Source: Callorhinchus milii
Taxonomy: Eukaryota
Length of the DNA stretch: 64,000 nucleotides
Reading direction: 5' to 3'
Assembly: GCF_018977255.1 (NCBI RefSeq)
Contig: NW_024704743.1
Coordinates: 38,690,001-38,754,000, forward strand
Position 1 is the stretch's first letter. The number at the start of each line of letters is the position of its first letter. The notes beneath the pieces are model-generated. The model did not search any database. It saw nothing but the letters and a program-made list of their open reading frames with translations, and was not told the origin of the DNA. The position numbers and the translations under genes were made by a program. Positions 23,886 through 36,332 of this stretch are shown here, piece after piece.

Positions 23886-24734
23886 GTTCTGGTTGCTCCT
23901 GCTTCACCAATGAGCTCACCAGGCTGCATGAAGAAATACCATTTCCCTCTGTCTCACATACCTCAAGTCTATCTTGTAAGTGAAAGAATCAAATTCCCTC
24001 TTTAAAACTGCCTAAACTGTCCAGCTGCAGCACTTCCTTTGGCAAACTTCCAAACTGTTAGCCATTTCCAACATGAGAGAGCAAAATTTTAATTTTAATG
24101 TTGAATTAAAGTGACAATAAAAGCTAAAATAACTAAAAGCTGGAGCCACAGCGGGTTTGATTAGTTGGTGAGTGTAATTGAAGCTATTTGTAAACTTCGT
24201 GACAAGCACCAGATTACAAAGGGGCGCTCAGAGTTCAGCCTCGCTCATGTAGGTCAGACAGCAGCAGGGTTGCTCCGATTCCGAATGGATTCTTTTCCTT
24301 GGACAATTATGAAAATCTGTTACTGTAGTTTCCTAATATGGCCATTGGCAGAAACAAACGCCTTTGATGGCTTGTGTAGAATTTATACTTTGCACAAACA
24401 AGAGAGATTTAAAAAATACTGCTTAAATCTCTCTCAGTGCGAGACATCTTGCTGGGAGCCTTTCAGAAATGACTTCACTTAAAAAAAACTCTCCCACAAC
24501 AACTGCCTGAAACACAAAGCTGTAGAACTACCATCATCTTATGTCTTGAGAAATGTAAAATCCAGAGTTTTAGCAGAGGTCACTTTTCATTTTTAGAGGT
24601 CACTATAAGGGTTATTATGATATTCTCTGCTTGGCAGTAATTACCCTTAGCACCGTTTGCTTTCAAATGCTCGACAACAAAGCACAGCAAATTCCAACAT
24701 GCAGAGAATAATGTACGTGCCCGAGCTCTCAATT

Positions 24735-25062
24735 TCACCTGCAAAAATACAGTTACTACATAGCAAATCGCTTTGAGACATTTCAACGACGTGATGAAGC
24801 ACTATTTCAAATGCAAGAATTCTTATTATTATAATTGACCAACAAACAAAGAACCGACCTCTAATAATGATAATAGTCCTTGCATTTGATATAGCGCCTT
24901 ATCACGTCTTCGAGACGTCTCAAAGAGATTCACAGAATGTACTGTAAAGTAGATTGACTGCATATGTTGTGGGCGAAACGCGGCAGCCAATTGCGCACAG
25001 CAGTGTCCCACAAACATTCGTGGATTGAGTGACCAATTTATTATTCATTTATTATTATTATC
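24735..25062. mobile_element. Tail-to-tail SINE fragments (+ 24735-24832; - SINE A 24862-25062)
   Basis: Two oppositely oriented caaatgcaag / (ATT) tails. Confidence 0.8.
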
Positions 25063-25793
25063 ATTTTTAAAATTTTGAAGAAACCTCTGTAGCTTTACTG
25101 CACATGAAACAGGAACAGGGACATTGAACTGAGCAACTGGGATGAATCAGTCTTCAAACTCTCGTGAACTGTAAACCAAAGTGACTCCCCAGCTTGCAGT
25201 TGACATGAGAGTGTTTATTCTCTGGTTCCAGCCCTTTGTTTGTTTGCCTGCTTTCTTGCCGCACTGATCTTTTCTGGCCTTTTGCAGCTTTTCCCTACAC
25301 CACTGAGGCAATGTTACTAGTACATTGTTAGTTCTTTTTAGGATTCATTGCTCAGGTCAAAGTGACAAGTTTTTGAAGATAAAGTTAATTTTGGCAATTT
25401 TTGATTGAGTCGGCCTCCTGCTTGCCAACCATCGAGTCAATGTCTCCACATATTTGTGTTTGTTTGCAAACTCATGAAGCGATGGCATTAATCACATTAA
25501 AGCACATTCATGTATCATTTGATCATGGTGTCATTGCCGCAAAGCCCTTTACCCTCTCCAGATGACATGAAACTTACGTTTAAATTCCCCTCCCCTCTAT
25601 CTTTGCCCCTCTTTAGCTGAGAGGATAGATTAACTAGTGCAGCCTGTAATGGGTGATATCAATAATTTGCTAAAAATAATATTCTGCTAATAGCCCTTTT
25701 ACTTCAATGCTTAATAGTGATTTTTTTTAAAAAAAAGCTGAGTAATGGCGAGATACTTTAATATCTGACCCAAATTTTGTGACAAAAAAATAG

Positions 25794-26347
25794 AAATACA
25801 ATACAAAATTAGTTCTGGAAAGCGCTTTTCACGTCGGGAGGACATCCCAAGCGCTGAACAGTCAGGGGGTTTAGAACTCGAGCGGGGGTGGGAGGAGGAG
25901 ATTGGAATCAGGGAGTGTGGAGGGTAGAGAGGGTAGGAGGGCGGCCAAAGGTACAGTCAAAAAGAAGGGTCTTGAGGTGCATGTTGATGGAACCAAGGGA
26001 GGGAGCGAAGGGAATGTGCCATGGAGTTCCAGAGGGTGGGGGCAGAGAGGCTGAACGCCGGACTGCCGATGGTGGGGTGGTTGGGTAGGGGACATGGAGC
26101 AGGCCTAAGCCTGCTGGGCAGAGGGAGCAGATAGGTTGATAACGGGTCAGCAATCGGAGAGGTAGCAGGGGGCAAGGCCATTGAGGGCCTTGAAGGTAAG
26201 GACGAGGATTTTGAACTCGATCCTCTGAGGGATGGGGAGCCAGGCGAGGGTGGGGGTGATGGGGTCACCGAGCCTGGTGCAGGAGAGGACACAAACTGCA
26301 GTGTTCTGATCTGCAGTTTGTGGAGGGAAGAATTGGGAAGGCCGACA
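25794..26347 (-). mobile_element. L2 3' fragment with a TTGTA-type tail
   Basis: HPTIGSPAFSLSAPTLWNS and LKTLLFD; stem-loop at 25820-25856. Confidence 0.85.
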
Positions 26348-26481
26348 AGTTGACAGAACAGTGTTTATTCCCTGGTTCCATAGTCATATGCATTGGCAGT
26401 CGAGCCAATGCAGAAATGCAGCATTTTTGAAATGACTCTACAACCATACGAGCTGTTCCAGAACAAGCTGATCTAGATATA

Positions 26482-26893
26482 ATAAATAATAATCTTTGCA
26501 TTTGACATAGCGTTTTATCATGTTATCAAGATATCTCAAAGCGCTTCACAGTGTTTTACTGTGCGTTTTAACGGTGCAACTCAGCAGCTAGTTTGTGCAC
26601 AGCAACATCCCATAAACAGCCATGAATTGAGTGACCAATTTTATTTGGGGGGACTTGTTGGCCAGGACACTGGGAGAAACTCTTCTCTTTTCAAATAATG
26701 CCATGGGATTTTTAACAGCCACCTGAACAGGTAGACAGGACCTCGGCTTAATGCCTCCTTCCCCCCCCCCCCCATGATACAATACACCCCTAGGAATGCA
26801 TTGGAGTAGCAGCTTAGACTATGTGATTCCAAGTCCTGATGTGAGGTTTGAACTCCCACCCAGAGGCGAGTGTTCTATCACTGAGCCAAGCTG
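26482..26893 (-). mobile_element. SINE family B, near full length
   Basis: Head, core and tail on the minus strand. Confidence 0.88.
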
Positions 26894-27319
26894 GATCCCC
26901 GTGGTCTCTTCTTTCTGCAACACGGTGAAAATAAATCCTGGTTTTGTTCCCCAGGTTTTATTATCACTGTGTCTTACTGAGAAAGTCTGTAATTCTATAG
27001 CTGTTGACAAAGTGTGACGCACATTAACAAACCATCTGTTACCTCCTGTACTGAAGGTGAACAGGGTAATAGTTCATTGATATCATTAGGATGAATTCTT
27101 GGCAGTAGCTCACACGAATAGTGCTTTGAACTGAAATGGGAGCATTCAAATATAATTAGGCCAGTTGACTTTGGCAAAATGAAGTATTATTGCATTGCAT
27201 GAAAGCAAATTAAACATAAAAAATCTCTGGAACATGATCTGAAGTGTTTCCTGGAAGGTACCTTTCAATGCTACGCTCTGTTAAAGCTGAAACACCCCTT
27301 TCAGCCCATTCAAATTTTA

Positions 27320-27800
27320 TCAACAACACAACAACAAATTGTGTTTATATAGTACCTCTCACTTCAGGAGGACATCCCCAAATGCTGGACACTGAAGGGG
27401 TTTGAATCAAGAGGGATAATGGGCAAGGTGGTTGGAGGTGGGAGGATGACTGAAGGTACGGTCAAAGAGAAAGGTCTTGAGACAGGCCTTGAAGAAGACA
27501 AGGGAGGGGGCGAGGTGGAGGGGCACCGCGATGGAGTTCCAGAGGGTGGAGGCAGAAAACTTGAAGGCACAATTGCTGATGGTGGAACGGGCAGTGTGAG
27601 GGAGACGGAGCAGGCCAGTGCCCTCCAAGCAGAGAGAGCAGACAGGTTGGTAAAGTTTTAGTAGGTCGCAGATTGGCTGTTGTTTTGTTTGCCTACAGAT
27701 ATACATAATCACTGCATTTTACAGTAAATCTTGTGAAGCGCTTTGAGTCGTTTCAATGCCATGATAAGACGCTGTGTCAAAAGCAAGGATTATTATTATT
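27320..27800. mobile_element. L2 3' fragment (minus, 27320-27674) joined to a SINE tail (plus, 27675-27800)
   Basis: ORF 27407..27712 reads AFKFSASTLWNSI...FKACLKTFLFD; (CAA) tail; aagcgctttgag...aaggattattatt. Confidence 0.8.
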
Positions 27801-28012
27801 TATCTCCAAGAGATTAGTTCAAAGCATTCATAGATGACTATGATATCCAGCTCTAATGCTTGCCTTTCGCTAACTCCTCAAAACATTTCATTCTGGATGT
27901 CTTATGATATTTCTCATTGTGGATTCAAAAGCTATTAATTTTCACTGCACTATTATAATCAGTCTCAGAGCCAGGACCTGGAGCTAAAGGTTGACGTGTC
28001 CGCTATTTCTAA

Positions 28013-29520
28013 GCAACAACAACAACCTGCACATATATAGCGCCCTCCACGCAGGGTAGAGTCTCAGAGGGCTTAACAGTGGCGGAGCCTGACTGAGCCA
28101 GGGGCAGGGGGCCGTAAGCACGGTCAAAGAGGAAAGTTTTCAGGCGGGTCTTGAAAGAGGGGAGAGAGGGGGCAAGGCAGAGGGACTGAGGGAGAATGTT
28201 CCAGAGTTTTGGGGCATAGTGGCTGAAAGCGCGACCTCCGATGATGAGACGGAGGATGTGAGGGACGAGCAGGAGGCCAGTGGCAGTTGAACGGAGGAGC
28301 TGGGTGGTGGATTGGGGAGTGAGGAGGTCGGAGAGGTAGGGAGGAGTGCGTTTGAGTAATCCACTTGGAAGGTGCACCCATGCACAAAGGTTTTGGCTGC
28401 ATTTGGGGTAAGGTACAGTCAGAGGCAGGCAATATGGTGGAGGTGGAAGAAGGAGGTCCTGGTCAGGGACCGGATGTGGGGGAGGAAGGACAGCTGGGGG
28501 TCGAAGCGGATGCCTAGGTTGCTTACTGGTTCAGTGAGTCTGAGGGAGAGCCCAGGGAGGTTGAGGAGTTTAGATCCGCAGGAGCGAAGACGTTGACGGG
28601 AGCCAAGGCATATGGTTTCCGTCTTGTCCATATTCAGTTGCAGGAAGTTTATACTCATCCAGGCCTTGATGTCTGCCAAACAACCTAATAGAACATCGGT
28701 GGACCTGGAGTTGGTACTGGAGGAGGCAAAGTAGATTTGTGTGTCATCCATACACATGTAGAAGTTTGTCCCGGGTCTGTGGATGACATCGCCCAGAGGG
28801 AGCATATAGATAAGGAAAAGAAGAGGGCCAAGGATGGAGCCCTGGGGTACCCAGCAGGTGACCGTGCGGGGGTGGGAATAGAAACCATTTGCTGAGATGA
28901 AATGGAGGCGGTTGGTTAAGTAGGACTCAAACCATGGGAGTGCGGTCCCACAAAGGTAGAAGAGGAAGGAGAGGCAATGGAGGAGGATGGTGTGGTCGAG
29001 TGTGTTGAATGCAGCAGAGAGATCCATGAGGACGAGGAGGCAGAGGGAGCTCTGGTCACAGATAGAGAGAATGTCATTTGTGACTTTGACAAGCACTGTC
29101 TCTGTGCTGTGGACAGAGCGAAAACCAGACTGCAGGGGCTCAAATGGGGAGTAGAGGGAGAGGTGTAACCGAAGTTGACCTACAACAATGCGTTCCAGGA
29201 TTTTGGAAAGGAAGGGTAGGTAGAAAGGAGATGGGATGGTAGTGTACAAGATATGAGGCAGTGGCTGGAGCCGTGGGGGAGGGAGAAGGCGTTGTGGATG
29301 GTCTGGTTGGGGGGGAAGGGGACATGGGGGGTGGGGAGGATAGTGCAGCCAAGTGGACATTTTCAATTTTTGAGGCAAAGAAGTTTAGGACCTCTTCACA
29401 CTTGGCGTTGGACGTGAGGATAGAGGGGGCTTGAGTGGATGCGTGGAGGAGGTGATGGATGGTGGAAAACAGCGTCTTTGGATTGTTGTTTGTTTCCAAG
29501 ATTACTTTGGAGTAAAAGTC
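28013..29520 (-). mobile_element. L2 LINE of about 1.5 kb with a degenerate RT (YADD mutated to CMDD)
   Basis: ORF 28419..29378 contains LQSGFRSVHSTET, DLSAAFNTLDH and VPQGSILGPLLF; ORF 28009..28377 gives the C-terminus; (CAA)n tail. Confidence 0.93.
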
Positions 29521-29711
29521 CAATTCTTTCTCATTTAAACATTCCACATGTGCCCAGGACTTTCGTGTTGATTGGAAAATGTGCAATCTCAGCAATGATA
29601 TTCAAACAGATACTTCAAAAATTATCATTGACGATAATTATCACATCAGATACATTATCTTCACCCTATTAAACAAATGGTGAGGGGGTATGTGAGACAC
29701 AGCTGTGCCCT

Positions 29712-29826
29712 ATAGGCTGCCGCGTTTTGCCCACAAAATATACAGTCAATTCACAGTATCTTCTGTGATGCACTTTAAGATGTCTTGTAGACGCGATAAG
29801 GCGCTATATCAAATACAAGAATTATA
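29712..29826 (+). mobile_element. SINE A 3' fragment
   Basis: ggctgccgcgttttgcccacaaaatatacagtc...ggcgctatatcaaatacaag. Confidence 0.8.
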
Positions 29827-30824
29827 AGTCCATGTTTCAGAGACTTTCTCTCTGAGAAAGTTGACCTTAAGATGGGTATTCTGTGGGGGGAGACTGGAGT
29901 TTCATCTATCTTCTTTAGGCACATGGTAACTGGATATGTTTATACATTATCAGGCAAGAGGTAGAGAAATACCAGAATAGATAGTAATAAAGAAAGGCAG
30001 AATGTTGGAGAGATTCAAAGAGAAAGACAAGCAAATGTGAGAGAGTTAACAACCGAGAAGCCTCAAGGAGATTTGGGACACATTACATTATATGTTTTTT
30101 TTCTTCCTCATCTATTGAATGCAGGTGAGTGCATAGCATTTTGTTAGACTAGAAGGTCATAGGTTTGAATCTGTGCTAAGCTAATTCATCTCTTTTGGGA
30201 TGTTACAATAGTCACGGGGCCCCTGAACTAGAGAAAACAACAGCTGGATGCTCCAGTGGTTGATAGTGGTCACCTATTTCAGTTCCAGTTCTGATATCGG
30301 GGAACAGATCTTGCTAATTTGTTTTATAAGATAGGCCCAAAGATGGTTATCAAAGATGGGGTTTATAGTATTTTGTGTATTTTTAAATGGGACATTTGGG
30401 AAGAATCAAATTGACAACTTGTAAACATAAAAGAGATCAAGCATGTTAGTGGCAGTAAAGCAGCCAGAAAATGTTCATAATAATTACCTTCCTGAATGGT
30501 CGCGTAGGAGTAATTTTAAATCTTCACCACGGATAATTCCCAGACATACGTGATGGTTGCCAGCCATGAGTGTCACCGTTGACCATGTTATTAAAGTGAT
30601 TAACTCTGACGTTCAACCACATCCCAAAACTGACATAACCATACTCTTGCAGGAGAGGTCATTTTAATTTCAAGCATTTGGTATCTGTTTGCATGAATTG
30701 CATTCTTTGCTTTTGTATTAAGTCAAAATGCAGGAATTCATTCAATGTCCACCTTAGCATGTATGAGCCTGGGTTGCAAAGAATTGTGCATGGCAGCTAG
30801 TTCACACATACATACTGATTCTTC

Positions 30825-31880
30825 GACTGTGATTTGGTAATGGCTGTAAACAATAAACACAAAGCCTATCTTAGTCTGTTTTATATGAATGTGGTAGACT
30901 GCGGTTAAATAATGACTGTATCTGAACGGTTGTGTTAACTTGTTGTTGAATAATGACTAGATGTTAATGGTTGTGTTATGCTGGGTTATGCTTCTGACTG
31001 CACAAACAGCACCGCCCACTTGGAGACACCGTTCTTCTGCTCAGCCACAAACTTTATCTTTAAAAATTCCAATTCTTGCCTGTGCTGTCACATAAAAATG
31101 CAAAGATTGCAAATGCAAGAAGCAAGATGATACAAGATGTCCCAAATGAGAGTGCACCTAAAAATCAACAGAATGTGCCTGAATTTGTGGCGGGTTTGCT
31201 CTTGCTTTAAAACTTCTGCAACTGTTATTTTGTCACATCCCAGTCTCACTGTGGCCTCCAGCAAGGTTCTACTTTCCACAAAAAGTCACAAGATCGACAC
31301 ATAGAACCATCGACACTTACAGCACAGAAAAAGATAATTCGCCCCATAGTGTCTGTGCTGGCTCTTTTAAGAGCAATGATTTCAATCCCGTTTACCTGCC
31401 CTTTCCCCATACACCTCATTGAATGCCGCCGTTTATCAGACAGGAGTGGTGGTGCCAGTTAGTAGAGGTAAGTGAGCAGGGCGCTAAGGTGCAGTCCCTG
31501 GAGCCTCAATGTAAACCTACCTCTATTTTGCCAGCCTAAAGCCAGCATTAAACTGTGACCTGCTGATGACCACAGCTGATCCCTCGTCTGTTGGCAATGG
31601 CAATGTTTTATAATGTGATAGTTAGTATATGTTAATGGCTTTGGTGTTCTGATTTGGTAATGACTACATTTAAATAGTTATCTTAGTGATTTGGTAAAAG
31701 CTATATCCAGCAAACTTAAAACTTACAGTTAACACGGCAGTGGTAGTCTCTGCTTTGGTAATGCTTATATTTAAATGGCTATGGTTGACAGTGCTTTTAG
31801 TCAGGACTACATGGAGCAGGCACAAAGCTTTCCTTCTTATGATCAAGTGATAATGTTAGGCTATGATATGGTACCAACTC
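30825..31880. repeat. Degenerate minisatellite of about 40 bp in two blocks (30825-30985, 31590-31880)
   Basis: Recurrent gatttggtaatg(g/a)ct...aatggtt(a/g)t unit. Confidence 0.5.
31298..31425 (-). mobile_element. CR1 3' terminus
   Basis: acagcacagaaaaagataattcgccccatagtgtctgtgctggctct; parallels 11.8 kb. Confidence 0.6.
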
Positions 31881-32447
31881 AATATAGTAAATAGAAAACT
31901 TACTCTGATGTATTGAAAGACACACTATAAATTATGACGCTGCTTTTCAAGTAAGATCTTTTAACACGTGTAAATAACATTTACCAAAATGCAGCAAACG
32001 CTGGCACTTACATTTATTACAGGTTTGCAAAGCTTTGGAGGGGTTGTTCAAAACATGAGTGCATAAACAGAAATTGCTTCTTTGCTTCAGTTTACCAGTC
32101 CATTTGCAAGTCACATGCCTCCATACTCCCTCAGCACATACCCTTTTGACTGCTTACCCCCTTTCCTGGTTGCAACACTAAAGAATTAACAAGGACCTAA
32201 AATACAGTGAGCCAGAGGGTATCGCCAGATGTTCTCACTCTGTCTCAGGTCGCATTTGTGTTGTTCCAGTTGAACCCTTGCCTCACTCCCCAATTACATG
32301 CTCACTATTTTTTGCATTTCCCTCACTGTCAGCAAGGTCTTGCAGCGACTCATGTTGATTTTGAGAAAAAAACAGGACTGCTAACTCTGTGTGGGAGGAG
32401 CGGCTTCTTTTGTTGAATGGAACTATGAAGCATATCCACCTTTTTAA

Positions 32448-32968
32448 TCATATAATCCATACATTTGGTATAGCACCTTTCACATAGAGAAGACATCTAA
32501 AAGTGCTTCACAGGATATACGGTATAGTGAATTGACTGGGTGTTTTGTGGGCAGCCAATTTATGCAGAGCAATATCCCACAAATAGCTAAATTTTATTGG
32601 GAAATTGTTGACCAGGACACCGGAAGATACTTCCTTCTGTTTTCGAATTGTGTCGTGGGATCTTTACCATCCACCTGAACAGGCATATGGACCTCGGTTT
32701 AACATTTCATCCAAAGGACAGCATCCCCAGCACTGCACTGGAGTTTCACCCTAAACAAGGTCTAAAATCCCATCTTGGGGGCTTGAACCCACAATCTTCT
32801 GACACAGCTGTCTGGAGGCTTAACAGTGTGGACTCCAAGCCGGGTGGGGGGGGAGGGGGGTGGGGGAGGGGGTGATGAGGTCGCCGTTACCATGGTCGAA
32901 GAGGAAGGTTTTCAGATGAGACTTAAAAAAGGGGAGAGAGGGGGCAAGGTGGAAGGATAGAGGAGGAA
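32448..32968 (-). mobile_element. SINE family B (32448-32802) and L2 3' fragment (32815-32968)
   Basis: SINE core and head on the minus strand; HLAPSLPFFKSHLKTFLFD. Confidence 0.8.
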
Positions 32969-33078
32969 TTAACTGGTTGGCTCTAGTTTGGCAATGCAGT
33001 ATGTATGCTAATGTCTCTTCTGGAACCACATACAAAAAGCGTCATAGGAACCACATACAAAAAGCGTCGTAGGCCTGC

Positions 33079-34041
33079 AACAACAACAACAACAACAACA
33101 AGATTCCATTTATAGAGCGCCTTTCACGTCAGGAGGACGTCCCAAGGCGCTGCACAGTTGGGTCATGACCCGAGCAGGGGGGAAATGGTCAGGGTGAGGG
33201 GAGGGAAGGGAGGGAGGGAGAGAGGAGGGGGGAAATGGTCAGGGTGAGGGGAGGGAAGGGAGGGAGCGAGGAGGAGGAAGAGAGTCGAGAGGGGAGCTGA
33301 AGGCACGGTCAAAGAGAAAGGTTTTGAGACCGGCCTTGAAGGAGGAAAGGGAGGAAGCGGCGAAGGCACTGGGGGATGGAGTTCCAGAGCCTCGGGGCTG
33401 AGAGGCTGAAGGCCCGACCACCGATAGTAGGGCGGTTGGGGCGGGGGACGTGGAGCAGACCGGAGCCAGAGGAACGGAGGGTACGGGCAGGTAGGTAGGG
33501 GGATAGTAGGTTGGAGAGGTAGGAGGGAGCAAGGCCGTGAATGGCCTTGTAGGTGAGGATGAGGATCTTGAAATCAATCCTCTGGGGGATGGGGAGCCAG
33601 TGGAGGCGAGCGAGGGTGGGAGTGATGTGGTCCCGAAACCTGGTGCGGGACAGTACACGAGCTGCAGAGTTCTGAATGACCTGCAGCTTGTGGAGGGAGG
33701 TGCCGGGAAGGCCGGCGAGGAGAGAGTTCCCATAGTCCAGCCTTGAGGTGACAAAGGCGTGAACCAGGGTTTCAGCAGCGTGAGGGGTGAGGTAGTGCCG
33801 TAATCTGGCGATATTCCGGAGGTGATGGAAGGCGGTGCCAGTTGTGGTGCGGATGTGAGGGAGAAAGGACAGCTCAGGGTCGAACAAAACCCCGAGGTTC
33901 CTGACTGGCTTTGAGAGGTGGAGAGTGCAGCCTTGGATGCTGATGGTGTCAGCGCCTGAGGTGCGGAGGCGCTGACGTGAGCCAATCAGGAGGGCCTCGG
34001 TTTTTCGCACGTTGAGCTGAAGAAAGTTGTCTCTCGTCCAG
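33079..34041 (-). mobile_element. Young L2 LINE, 5'-truncated
   Basis: About 99% identical to 46627-47579; ORF 33309..34010; (CAA)n tail. Confidence 0.96.
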
Positions 34042-34679
34042 ACCTACACACTTGACAATAAACATAATGCAAGCTTATTACGATGCACAAACTATCTTCT
34101 TTGCCAGAGGCTGTTCATTTCTGTAATTAAGGCCATTAATTCCAGCATGAGAAAGGAGCAATGTTGGGTGTAACAATAGCTATTGATAAACGGGCTAATC
34201 ATTCAATAGACTCTTTGTGGTTAACTACGCTTTAAAGAGGGAAGTCACCATCAGAGCTCCTGTGGAAAAATAAGCCAATTAAATCAGTTCTGTCACTTTT
34301 GTTTTCTTTCCAAACACACAGTGAGTACTGAGGAACCTTGAGAGGGAAAAAGGCCGGGAGCAATTACTGTTCGCAACAATATGAGGCCATGAAATTACTG
34401 TAACGTACACAGAACTGGAGCTCAGGACATTATTACTTCATGATGGTTAAGAATTAATGATGGTGTTATGATAAGTTAATGAGGGTTTCTATCAATGTTA
34501 ATTCAGCTCCTTTTCACTGCTGGAATCTATAAATCCTCCACGCCAATATCCAAATGATGGCACGAGGATACCTGATTAAATAATAATTTCTCAAAACGAA
34601 GGGGCAGAGAAAGCAAAGGGGTGTTCAAGTCCATCATAACTCTTTCTAATTATTTGAAACCACTAGCTCCAAGATGATG

Positions 34680-35225
34680 TACCTGGCAATGAAATGTCAG
34701 AATCGAGCCAGCCCTCTGTGGCCGTCTCGGTAGTCCAGTTCCTGAGCCTGGGAAATTGCAGGACTTCAGGGCACTGTTGCTGACAGCACAACGGTAGGAC
34801 TTGGAAGAGTAGACCAGTCACTGGGGGCAGGGACTTTTTGCATTCAGCTTCCGTGCACCCTGGAAGCCAAAGCCCTAACTGGTCGGGTGGTCCTAGCTGA
34901 ACAAGAAGAGGGAAAGCTTGTCAGATAGTGCTCTCAATGGCAAGCTATGCGATTTTAACTGGTTAGACTCCAGCAATATCCCAATGCATCCTCTGGGGTC
35001 ACCAAGCCTTGGCTCTTGTCAACCTGCATCTAATACTTTCCAGAATTAGATAAGCAGGATGTGCCCTCCAGGGAGAGAGGGTGCAGTCCATTTGAATAAA
35101 TATCTTTAGAATTTCCATGTATAGGTGGGATGCATGGAATTCTCAGTTAGGTTTGGATATCCTTAAGCATGGTAATGTGTTTCTATATGTGTCAAACACC
35201 CAGCTGATCACAACAAGTCACTGTA
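34680..35225. repeat. Unclassified interspersed repeat, copy 2 (inverted relative to copies 1 and 3)
   Basis: Reverse complement aligns along its whole length with 40560-41430 once the SINE is removed. Confidence 0.8.
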
Positions 35226-35341
35226 TTAATCCTTTTCATTGTTCATTATTTAATTAGGGGATCCTTTAATTCCTCCTGTGTACATGGTTTACACATCTTG
35301 TAAATTAGGTCACAATGTAGAATGTACCTCATTCATATAAC

Positions 35342-35668
35342 GTGGAGTCCTGTAGCTCAGTGGTTAGAGCACTCGCTTTGCAAGCGAGAGACCTGAGTTC
35401 AATTCCAGGCAGAGGGCGAAACCTTGGGCAAATTTCCTTACTCCACACGCCTAATAATAATCCCTCCAAAACCCAAAACAATAATAAATTGGTCATTTTC
35501 TATCTACGACTGTTTGTGGGACATTGCTGTGCGCAATTGGCTGCCGCGTTCGCCCACAAATATACAGTCAATTCACTTTACAGTGTGTTCTGTGAAGCGC
35601 TTTGGGACGCCCTCCCGACGTGAAAAGCGCTATATCAAATGCAAGGATTATTATTATTATTATTATTA
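35342..35668 (+). mobile_element. SINE family A short form, full length, young
   Basis: A box tagctcagtgg, anticodon arm ctcgc-tttgcaa-gcgag (TGC, Ala-like), B box gagttcaattcc, L2-type stem-loop, (ATT)n. Confidence 0.95.
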
Positions 35669-36332
35669 TAACCTCATTAGGGAAAGTTCTGCAAAATGAT
35701 TGCCTGACCCTCAATGGTAATCGACCAAAACTCCCACCAGCTGTCTTCACTATTCCAGGATACATTTTTGAGGAAATGTCTATGTTCTATGCTTATAGTG
35801 GAGCCTTTCAACTAAGAGCTATTCAAGGACAGTATGAAACAGCTAAATAATGTTTAATGTTTTAGTATCCACTTACACCAAGCATAAACTATTTGCACAC
35901 ATTTTCTTTACCACTGACTATCATACTCCATCTGATAAAGTCCTGTTTGAATTGTGCTAAGCAGTAAGATCTAACTCTGGTTGAGTGCAAGGGTACAAGT
36001 GGTGTAAAATATTAATATTTAATACCATCAGATGTTGCCATATCTTATGACCTAGAATGCTGACCCTAAGCCTCAACTCGCATATTTGTTAACATGTACT
36101 TTATTTATTTAAACACGTTAATGCTGGGATAGTTAATTACAATCAAACATTCAAATATTTTGAATGGATGGAGATAGTCTGGAGTCTGATTATGTTCTGA
36201 GGATTTAAATGAATTATTTTCAGAACTTTCTCAAATGACATTAAATGCAAATGGTAGAGTTGGAGTATATCATGCAAGATAACAAAAGAGGCCCATTTCA
36301 TCTCAACTTTTCAAAATATATAACAACGTTTT

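Noticed and set aside
33070..34046. 9-bp imperfect inverted repeat (gtaggcctg / cagacctac) flanking the L2, as transposon TIRs
   Set aside because: It is too short, partly L2-derived and compatible with chance.
34295..34410. Strong acceptor-like tract ending cacag, as the start of a coding exon
   Set aside because: Stop codons occur in all three frames within about 20 nt.
35342..35412. tRNA-Ala(TGC)-like sequence as a genuine tRNA gene (also at 58.2 kb and elsewhere)
   Set aside because: It has no acceptor stem and continues directly into a SINE body and tail.
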